From: a virus
Taxonomy: Duplodnaviria; Caudoviricetes
Reading direction: 5' to 3' (one strand)
IMG/VR virus record: IMGVR_UViG_3300034093_001339
Span: 1-34,358 of that record
DNA: 34,358 nucleotides
Positions 6,691 to 12,893 of this stretch are shown here, one piece after another. The notes under the pieces were generated by a model that was given only the letters and a program-made list of their open reading frames with translations, ran no database searches and was not told the DNA's origin. The stretch's first letter is position 1. Each line of letters starts with the position of its first letter. Position numbers and translations under genes: made by a program.

Positions 6691-6691
6691 T

Positions 6692-6714
6692 GCGCTGGTA
6701 GCTCAGAGGCGGAG
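6692..6714 (+). pseudogene. orphan 5' fragment of tRNA-Lys
   Basis: GCGCTGGTAGCTCAGAGGCGGAG vs GCGCCGGTAGCTCAGAGGCAGAG at 6870. Confidence 0.75.
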
Positions 6715-6751
6715 AAACCCCGTATGCGCTATCAAAATTAAGGAAACTGTA

Positions 6752-6964
6752 ATGGTTGAAAAGTTAAATTTGTCAAAAGAAGAAATAGCAAAGATAGAAG
6801 AGATTAGAAAAAATCCTCCACCAATGACAGACTATGTTAGGCAATATATTGAAGCCTATAGAAAAAAATGCGCCGGTAGCTCAGAGGCAGAGCAGGGAGC
6901 TCTTAACTCCAAGGTCGAGGTTTCAAAATCCTCTCGGCACACCAAAATAACTCTTGACAAGTAA
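6752..6964 (+). CDS. hypothetical protein reading through tRNA-Lys(CTT)
   Basis: AAGGA SD; ORF track. Confidence 0.5.
   Translation: MVEKLNLSKEEIAKIEEIRKNPPPMTDYVRQYIEAYRKKCAGSSEAEQGALNSKVEVSKSSRHTKITLDK
6870..6944 (+). tRNA. trnK: tRNA-Lys(CTT)
   Basis: loop CTCTTAA; T arm GAGGT-TTCAAAA-TCCTC; ACCA. Confidence 0.85.
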
Positions 6965-6982
6965 GACGTCTTACTATATAAA
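6954..6982 (+). promoter_or_regulatory. sigma70 promoter with perfect 16-bp palindrome in spacer
   Basis: TTGACA-AGTAAGACGTCTTACTA-TATAAA. Confidence 0.8.
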
Positions 6983-7008
6983 CATAGTGTAGCAAGAAGG
7001 AACACGAT

Positions 7009-7158
7009 ATGGCTTACTGTATTAAGGTAGACGGCGAAATAGTGCTGGTCGCAACTGATGAAAAAGATGCACTCGCAATGATTGCTTCTAGTAAACTGGA
7101 TCCGCAGTCCAAAGGCAAAAAAATTGTAATGGAAGTGTACGGAAATGGAAAAGAGTAA
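7009..7158 (+). CDS. hypothetical protein (49 aa)
   Basis: GAAGGA SD, read manually. Confidence 0.6.
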   Translation: MAYCIKVDGEIVLVATDEKDALAMIASSKLDPQSKGKKIVMEVYGNGKE

Positions 7159-7309
7159 AACAATGATCCACAGCGGTAACCTAAGCTACTTGAACAGTGT
7201 GCATCGTAAATACGGTGTATGGAAATACAACATGTTCATGCTGAAACAGTGGAGCAACGGTAAGATGACTGTTGAATTTAGGGAGAAGGAAAGTGAAACG
7301 AAAACCTAA
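7145..7309 (+). CDS. hypothetical protein (54 aa)
   Basis: overlapping open frame between neighbours, read manually. Confidence 0.5.
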   Translation: MEKSKTMIHSGNLSYLNSVHRKYGVWKYNMFMLKQWSNGKMTVEFREKESETKT

Positions 7310-7436
7310 AGTGCCGAAGGAGCGTAATCCATTTGTTCAACATTTGGTTATGAAACATTCCGGACCGCACGGTAAAACTAAAAAAGCCGAACGTAGAGCA
7401 GAGAAGATTGCTTTACGCAAACAAATGGACCGGTAG
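7293..7436 (+). CDS. small basic protein (47 aa, MKRKPKVPKERNPFVQHL...)
   Basis: GAAGGA SD, GTG start, stop TAG inside tRNA-Lys(TTT). Confidence 0.65.
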   Translation: MKRKPKVPKERNPFVQHLVMKHSGPHGKTKKAERRAEKIALRKQMDR

Positions 7437-7501
7437 CTCAGAGGCAGAGCAGGGGGCTTTTAATCCCAAGGTCGAGATTTCAAAATTCTCTCGGTTCACC
7501 A
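7427..7501 (+). tRNA. trnK: tRNA-Lys(TTT)
   Basis: loop CTTTTAA; T arm GAGAT-TTCAAAA-TTCTC; ACCA. Confidence 0.88.
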
Positions 7502-7602
7502 TTACTTTGATGATACACTGATACCGAAGGGCACGACGGTTTGGTTAGTACCCCTGATGCCGGGCGAATGGTTCGAATCCAACAGTGTATCTTCTAAGTA
7601 AT
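7501..7602 (+). ncRNA. wrapper-stem RNA cassette, family 1 copy 3 (tRNA-like cargo)
   Basis: ATTACTTTGATGATACACTG / CAGTGTATCTTCTAAGTAAT; TGG-TTCGAAT-CCA T arm. Confidence 0.7.
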
Positions 7603-7608
7603 GAATAT

Positions 7609-7683
7609 TGCCTCTTAGCTCAGTGGTAGAGCAAACGGCTGATAACCGTTAGGTCACTAGTTCAAATCTAGTAGGGGCAACCA
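7609..7683 (+). tRNA. trnI: tRNA-Ile(GAT)
   Basis: AACGG-CTGATAA-CCGTT arm, ACCA. Confidence 0.95.
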
Positions 7684-7689
7684 AAATAT

Positions 7690-7747
7690 ACTTCCGTAGC
7701 TCAACTGGACAGAGCACCACGCTACGAACGTGAAGGTTGGGGGTTCG
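7690..7747 (+). pseudogene. tRNA-Arg(ACG) truncated in the T loop
   Basis: D arm, CACG-CTACGAA-CGTG arm and GGGGGTTCG, then unrelated sequence. Confidence 0.85.
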
Positions 7748-7765
7748 CAAATGATAAATAAACAT

Positions 7766-8479
7766 ATGAACTATAAAAAACATTATGATTTATTAATCGA
7801 GCGAGCAAAGATAAGACAATTAACAGATTATGTTGAAAGACATCATATTGTTCCTAGATGTATGGGCGGAACAGACGATAAGTCTAATTTAGTAGAACTA
7901 ACGCCCGAGGAACACTATGTAGCACATCAGTTATTAGTTAAGATGTATCCAGAAAACGACAGTTTAGTTTATGCTGCTACTAAGATGACGGTGGCATCAA
8001 AGACAGTAAAAAGAAAAAACAAAAGATATGGCTGGCTTAAAAGACGCTATCAAAGTGTTTGTAAAAAAAGGATAGGAAATAAAAATCCTAGTTATGATCG
8101 TAGTTGGTATTATTGTCCAGAAACTTTAAATGAAGGAAAATTTCTATCAAGTAATATTCCAGCTGGTTGGATAAAAGGACGAAAATCAATAACTAAAGAA
8201 AACACTAAATGTTCTTCGTGCGAAACTGATACTAATAGTAAAAAATCTAAATGGTGTAATACATGTCGACGTATACATGGAAATTACAAAAAAGATGGTG
8301 CTAAAAAACAAGTTAAATCTAAAGATGCGTTTACTACAGAAGAAAAAACAAACGCATTAATAGACAATAACGGAAATATCCGCAAAGCGTTATTTTCGTT
8401 AGGATTAAATGATAGCGGATCACATTATAAAAAAATGAAAGAAATAAAGGCGTCTGTATACCCTCTGGCTACGAACTAG
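7766..8479 (+). CDS. HNH homing endonuclease (T4 MobE-like N-terminal HNH)
   Basis: ERHHIVPRCMGGTDDKSNLVELTPEEHYVAHQLL; C-terminal CxxC pairs; probable ATG 7766 after ATAAATA. Confidence 0.9.
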   Translation: MNYKKHYDLLIERAKIRQLTDYVERHHIVPRCMGGTDDKSNLVELTPEEHYVAHQLLVKMYPENDSLVYAATKMTVASKTVKRKNKRYGWLKRRYQSVCKKRIGNKNPSYDRSWYYCPETLNEGKFLSSNIPAGWIKGRKSITKENTKCSSCETDTNSKKSKWCNTCRRIHGNYKKDGAKKQVKSKDAFTTEEKTNALIDNNGNIRKALFSLGLNDSGSHYKKMKEIKASVYPLATN

Positions 8480-8529
8480 TTGAAAGGTTAACTGGACACA
8501 TGGGGGTTCGACTCCTCCCAGGCGCACCA
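8450..8529 (+). tRNA. non-canonical (strand-rewired) tRNA-Arg(ACG)-like RNA
   Basis: acceptor GCGTCTG/CAGGCGC+ACCA, T arm intact, anticodon hairpin precedes the D-loop sequence. Confidence 0.7.
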
Positions 8530-8591
8530 AATAGTTATAACGGACTTGGTTGTGTGCGAAACACGTAATACCAAGTTGCACAAACAGAAGC

Positions 8592-8720
8592 GATTCTGTT
8601 TTCACATGCACTATGGTTGGGGCCAAGCGGCTGGCCTGAATCCATAATACTCCTTGGGTGATGCCTTTCGGGAGCAAGCTAGGTTCAAATCCTAGACGTA
8701 GTGCAGTTGAAAACAGAGTT
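8592..8720 (+). ncRNA. wrapper-stem RNA cassette, family 2 copy 2 (tRNA-like cargo)
   Basis: GATTCTGTTTTCA-CA-TGCACTATG / CGTAGTGCA-GT-TGAAAACAGAGTT; T arm CTAGG-TTCAAAT-CCTAG. Confidence 0.7.
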
Positions 8721-8722
8721 GT

Positions 8723-8798
8723 TGGGGGATAGTGTAGTCGGTAACATAACTGACTTTGAATCAGGAGATGGCAGGTTCGAGCCCTGCTCCCCCAGCCA
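8723..8798 (+). tRNA. trnQ: tRNA-Gln(TTG)
   Basis: U1:A72, loop CTTTGAA, GCCA. Confidence 0.93.
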
Positions 8799-8799
8799 A

Positions 8800-9156
8800 G
8801 ACAACATTATATAGTGGTTCGAAACGTTATATGATGAGAATGCTTCCCACCCTGTGGAACCTCGGGGTGAGCAGATTGGCTTGCCACAGCGCAGGTGAAG
8901 GGGTAAAAGTCCCAATGGGGGTTCTGGGAATTAGTATTGATCCATCCTCTGATCCGCTAACTGATTCTAGATAAGGGGTTAGCCAAGATGGTGACGTCGA
9001 CCTTAGCTAAAGCTGGCGAAATATACAGGTCGTTAAACTGGCTACAACCTGAGTAGAAATAAACGTTGTGAAACTGCTCTCGAAATTCAAATAGGTGACG
9101 GCAATCACCTTAACTGGGAGACTACATACCGTTGTTTTGCCGAACTTTGGTGTAGT
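8800..9156 (+). ncRNA. candidate large structured ncRNA
   Basis: no credible ORF; back-to-back helices and a possible pseudoknot. Confidence 0.55.
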
Positions 9157-9157
9157 A

Positions 9158-9229
9158 GACTGTTTCGTCTAGAGGATAGGATAAGCCCCGTAAAGGGGCG
9201 AGACATGGGTTCGAATCCCATAACAGTTT
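9158..9229 (+). pseudogene. tRNA-like RNA with 5-nt anticodon loop, no CCA
   Basis: GACTGTT/AACAGTT acceptor, GCCCC-GTAAA-GGGGC, ATGGG-TTCGAAT-CCCAT. Confidence 0.7.
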
Positions 9230-9249
9230 TGCTCCTAGTTAGAAATTAT

Positions 9250-9325
9250 CTGTTCGTAGCTCAACTGGAAGAGCAAGGGATTTCTACTCCCTAGGTTGAG
9301 GGTTCGAGTCCTTCCGGGCAGGCCA
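9250..9325 (+). tRNA. trnR: tRNA-Arg(TCT)
   Basis: AGGGA-TTTCTAC-TCCCT arm, GCCA. Confidence 0.93.
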
Positions 9326-9351
9326 AATTACACCAACTGATAAATATTTGC

Positions 9352-9789
9352 ATGAAGATATACGAAGTTTATCAAGGTAAAATAAATTGGATTGCTCCTA
9401 ACGCAGATCGTGAGCATGACGAAGTTCTTTATCAACTTGAAAATTATGACCCACAGCATATGCCAGATTGGGCGCATGAACGTTTGCAGCAACTAGCAGA
9501 TAAAAGAGTATTTCGTGCTGCAATTGCAAGGGCAAAAGTAAAATTGTTGTCTAGGAACGATGTAAGGGGCGCAGGCAACACAGGTGATAGTTGGACCGAT
9601 ACGCTCAAATGGACTGAACCTGCAAAAAGTGCCCGTGCACCAACACTATACGGAAATGATAAGAAGGTAGAGCGCCCTATATATCTTCAAGATCCTAGTA
9701 CTGGTGGGCTTTGGTTACTAGGCGGACATCATCGTAGCACATACGTTACTGCTGTTCTTAAACAACCAGTAGAAGCTACTATAATTTAA
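9352..9789 (+). CDS. ParB/Srx-like domain protein, probably late-expressed
   Basis: PIYL...LLGGHHR motif; ATAAATA directly upstream. Confidence 0.55.
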   Translation: MKIYEVYQGKINWIAPNADREHDEVLYQLENYDPQHMPDWAHERLQQLADKRVFRAAIARAKVKLLSRNDVRGAGNTGDSWTDTLKWTEPAKSARAPTLYGNDKKVERPIYLQDPSTGGLWLLGGHHRSTYVTAVLKQPVEATII

Positions 9790-9813
9790 TATACAACAAA
9801 GGTATCAATCACA

Positions 9814-10974
9814 GTGACCCCGGCATTAATCACTCGTAACACCTTAGCAGGTATTACAACAAGTCTTGCTATGGTGCCAGAGGTTGTTGCATTTGCATTG
9901 TTAGCACAAGTTAACCCATTAGTTGGCTTATATGCGGCTGTGATACTAGGGTTAGTTACATCTATATTTGGTGGAAGGCCCGGTCTTATTAGCGGAGGTG
10001 CTGGCAGTTTAGCTGTTGTATCTGTGGCACTGGTAGTATCACACGGTGTCGAATACCTGTTTGCATGTATTATACTCATGGGTATTATACAGTTTGTATT
10101 TGGTGCATTAAAACTAGGTAAGTTAATAAAACTAGTCAGTCCAAGTGTAATGACAGGGTTTGTTAATGGATTGGCATTGGTAATTTTTCTAGCACAACTA
10201 GAGCAACTCAAATCAAACGGTTTATGGTTGCAAAGTTACGAACTTGCTAGTATGTTAGGCTTGATTGCTATTACAATATTTGGTGTATACATTGCTCCAA
10301 AAATTACACGCCACATACCTGCAAGTTTATTTGGGATTGTGTTAGTGACTGTGTTTGTGATGATATTTGGCATTGATGCTAAAACTGTAGGTGATATTGC
10401 TCATATTAGCGGTAACTTACCAACGTTACATATACCCAACATACCGTGGACGCTAGAGACGCTGTGGATCGTAGCACCTTACAGTTTTATATTAGCAGCA
10501 GTTGGGCTAATAGAAACTTTACTTACTGCTAACCTTGTGGACGACTTTGTGCAAAATCACAAAACACAACCAAATAAGGAAAGTATAGCGCAAGGCATAG
10601 GTAATATACTAACAGGCTTGTTTGGCGGTATGGGCGGATGTGCTATGATAGGACAGACGGTTATCAACTTAAAAGCAGGCGGCACCCACAGGCTTGCTGG
10701 TGTAGTAGAAGCACTTTCTATACTTGCATACATTGTATTTGCCAGTGCTGTTATTGAATCTATTCCTATTGCAGCATTAGTTGGTGTTATGTGTATGGTA
10801 TGCTATTATACATTTGATTGGACTAGTTTCAAAATTATAGATAAACCCAAACAAGATGTTGCGATTATTGTAATAGTAACTACTGTAACGGTATTGCTAA
10901 ATCTTGCATATGCTGTCATATTAGGTATTATACTAACATACATATTTCAAAAATTTGAAAAGGAGTCGTTATGA
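9814..10974 (+). CDS. sulP: SulP/SLC26 inorganic anion transporter lacking STAS domain
   Basis: LAMVPEVVAFA, FGGRPGLISG, GGMGGCAMIGQT motifs; many TM segments. Confidence 0.92.
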   Translation: MTPALITRNTLAGITTSLAMVPEVVAFALLAQVNPLVGLYAAVILGLVTSIFGGRPGLISGGAGSLAVVSVALVVSHGVEYLFACIILMGIIQFVFGALKLGKLIKLVSPSVMTGFVNGLALVIFLAQLEQLKSNGLWLQSYELASMLGLIAITIFGVYIAPKITRHIPASLFGIVLVTVFVMIFGIDAKTVGDIAHISGNLPTLHIPNIPWTLETLWIVAPYSFILAAVGLIETLLTANLVDDFVQNHKTQPNKESIAQGIGNILTGLFGGMGGCAMIGQTVINLKAGGTHRLAGVVEALSILAYIVFASAVIESIPIAALVGVMCMVCYYTFDWTSFKIIDKPKQDVAIIVIVTTVTVLLNLAYAVILGIILTYIFQKFEKESL

Positions 10975-11222
10975 GAACAAAAGCATTTAGACGACATCAA
11001 ATAGAACGTAAAAAAGCGTGGGCTACAAATGCTGCACATGAGTGGTATAGGAATTTTCCAGAAACTCAACCTACAGCACGACAAATTGGTAGACTGTTAC
11101 ATACACCTAAAGCATGTAGTTGCTGGATGTGTGGTAACCAACGTCGGCTTGACGGCGATACTATACAAGAAAGAAAAAGCAAAGATATCCTGCGAAGTAG
11201 TGTTAACGGTCAGCACACTTGA
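10971..11222 (+). CDS. hypothetical basic Cys-motif protein
   Basis: AGGAG SD; CSCWMCGNQRR; stop inside tRNA-His. Confidence 0.75.
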   Translation: MRTKAFRRHQIERKKAWATNAAHEWYRNFPETQPTARQIGRLLHTPKACSCWMCGNQRRLDGDTIQERKSKDILRSSVNGQHT

Positions 11223-11267
11223 TTGTGGATCAAGGAGAGCAAGGTTCGAATCCTTCCCGCAGGACCA
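11189..11267 (+). tRNA. trnH: tRNA-His(GTG), bulged acceptor, A73, no G-1
   Basis: CTTGA-TTGTGGA-TCAAG arm; CCTGCG(AA)G/CCGCAGG-ACCA. Confidence 0.8.
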
Positions 11268-11283
11268 AAATTCGGAGACTACA

Positions 11284-11493
11284 ATGAAATCAACTGCACG
11301 AAATGTAGGCAATGTTAACCTTAAAGGTAAGAAGACTAGACTACTTCGATGTGGATGCTGTTCTGCATTCAACTGCAAAGAAGATGAATTGCGTAAAGAA
11401 CACAAAAAAGAAATGAGATATGCCCCTGTAACGGAAATTGGTAAACCTCTTCAGTCGAGAGCTGCAGGATTTATGGGTTCGAGTCCCATCTAG
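11284..11493 (+). CDS. hypothetical protein (CGCC motif) overlapping tRNA-Leu(GAG)
   Basis: GGAG SD before ATG 11284. Confidence 0.6.
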   Translation: MKSTARNVGNVNLKGKKTRLLRCGCCSAFNCKEDELRKEHKKEMRYAPVTEIGKPLQSRAAGFMGSSPI

Positions 11494-11500
11494 GGCACCA
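11422..11500 (+). tRNA. degenerate tRNA-Leu(GAG)-like
   Basis: CAG-TCGAGAG-CTG, T arm ATGGG-TTCGAGT-CCCAT, ACCA; acceptor mismatches, C33. Confidence 0.6.
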
Positions 11501-11507
11501 ATATATA

Positions 11508-11536
11508 TTGACATCTACCCTTAGATGCGTTACATT
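11508..11536 (+). promoter_or_regulatory. sigma70 promoter
   Basis: TTGACA-17-TACATT. Confidence 0.7.
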
Positions 11537-11561
11537 ATAGTGTAAACAACGGAGAACTTAC

Positions 11562-12212
11562 ATGACGCTAACACGTCTAATTGGTGATATTCACGGTCTC
11601 GTGAATGATTACCGAGCATATGCTATTGATAAATTTGAAGGTCCTGTTGTCCAAATCGGCGACTTTGGTATTGGGTTTGGGCAAGGTGACTATTGGCACG
11701 AAAGCGTAGATGATTTTCATAAGCGCCACGGTCATCGTTTTATTCGTGGCAACCATGATAATCCCGGCATGTGTAAAACTATGCGTAGTTGGATTAAAGA
11801 TGGCACAGTTGAAAACGATGTAATGTTTATTGGCGGTGCGTGGAGTATTGATAACCCTGATGCTCCTCCGGGTTGGTATAAGCGCAGTGCTGGTTATGAT
11901 TGGTGGCCAGAGGAAGAATGTTCAGATGAACAGTTTGAACTGATGTTTGATGTTTATAAGACTGTTAAGCCACGTGTTATGATTACACATGACTGCCCTG
12001 CTAAAGTGTCCTACCCTATGTTTTGGGGTAGTGGGTTTATCAAAGGCCCCGTGTATCCAAATAGAACAGGTGCATGGTTTGATCGTTTCATTGATGCACA
12101 CGAACCTGATGAATGGTATTTCGGACATTGGCACAAGACTATGGCACACAAGCATGGTCGCACTACGTTTCAATGCATTGGTGAACTTGATTATGTGGAT
12201 GTTGAACTGTGA
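11562..12212 (+). CDS. calcineurin-like metallophosphoesterase
   Basis: GDIHG, GDFG, RGNHD, THDCP, GHWH motifs. Confidence 0.92.
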   Translation: MTLTRLIGDIHGLVNDYRAYAIDKFEGPVVQIGDFGIGFGQGDYWHESVDDFHKRHGHRFIRGNHDNPGMCKTMRSWIKDGTVENDVMFIGGAWSIDNPDAPPGWYKRSAGYDWWPEEECSDEQFELMFDVYKTVKPRVMITHDCPAKVSYPMFWGSGFIKGPVYPNRTGAWFDRFIDAHEPDEWYFGHWHKTMAHKHGRTTFQCIGELDYVDVEL

Positions 12213-12382
12213 GTGAACATACTTGGGAATACTGTGACCTCTGCGAACATGATGTTGTTATCTGCGGCAAATGTGGTAATAACACCTGCAATGGCGGTCA
12301 CGGCACAGTTGATGGTAAAGAGTGTGATGAATGCGAATCTGCTTATCAACTATACTTCGCAGGAATGAACAATGAAAAATGA
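12209..12382 (+). CDS. small Cys-rich protein (57 aa)
   Basis: GTGA overlap; CDLC, CGKC, C, CDEC; read manually. Confidence 0.65.
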   Translation: MSEHTWEYCDLCEHDVVICGKCGNNTCNGGHGTVDGKECDECESAYQLYFAGMNNEK

Positions 12383-12578
12383 TAATGACATCTTCATGCC
12401 AGAAAAGTCAGAATGGGTTTGTTATATTAGTGGTGATCCTTCTAAGTTAGGCGGTAGTGTAACATTCCGTCCCAACAAAGACAAAGAACCAAATTGGTTT
12501 CATAGAAAAATGCACGGGTTGCTACTTGGTGTGAAATGGCATAAAATAAAACTTGACACGCCCAAGCCTAACTGCTAG
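12372..12578 (+). CDS. hypothetical protein
   Basis: AGGA SD; ORF track. Confidence 0.7.
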   Translation: MKNDNDIFMPEKSEWVCYISGDPSKLGGSVTFRPNKDKEPNWFHRKMHGLLLGVKWHKIKLDTPKPNC

Positions 12579-12607
12579 CATATAATTATAGCAACAGGAG
12601 ATACAAG

Positions 12608-12811
12608 ATGACACACAAGTTTCGAGTTACTGTAGTTGAAAGTGAGCGTGGTTGGGGTCGGCGTTATGAATCCGTAGACTTTGATACTTTTTCAGAAGCT
12701 AAGGTCTACCGGGATCACATTAACAGCCAAAACAAACCAGTTGGTCCTGGCGAATTTGCTCCAGATTGGTACATGATTGCGGAAAAAGAAATCCGTGTAA
12801 TTGAGAAATAA
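12608..12811 (+). CDS. hypothetical protein
   Basis: AGGAG SD; promoter TTGACA(12553)-17-TAGCAT. Confidence 0.75.
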   Translation: MTHKFRVTVVESERGWGRRYESVDFDTFSEAKVYRDHINSQNKPVGPGEFAPDWYMIAEKEIRVIEK

Positions 12812-12814
12812 ATT

Positions 12815-12836
12815 AAGGCCTAAGGGCCTTTTTTTT
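12815..12836 (+). terminator. intrinsic terminator
   Basis: AAGGCC-TAAG-GGCCTT-TTTTTT. Confidence 0.8.
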
Positions 12837-12893
12837 ATTGACTTTTGTACCGAGATGTATTACATTAACAATGTAAGCAGTAAGGAGAGACAT

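Noticed and set aside
7748-8510. Group I intron in tRNA-Arg(ACG)
   Set aside because: Excision would pair ACTTCCG with CAGGCGC, which is not a valid acceptor stem; the site is in the T loop and no P7-like core is visible
932-8720. CRISPR array interpretation of the wrapper repeats
   Set aside because: Repeats are dispersed inverted pairs kilobases apart with 60-100 nt structured interiors, not tandem direct repeats
8800-9156. tmRNA
   Set aside because: No GGGG..GGATTCGAC 5' end with matching T arm and CCA 3' end, and no tag ORF ending in AA recognised
11029-11283. N-terminal extension of ORF 11029-11493
   Set aside because: Overlaps another CDS and tRNA-His; a good SD precedes ATG 11284
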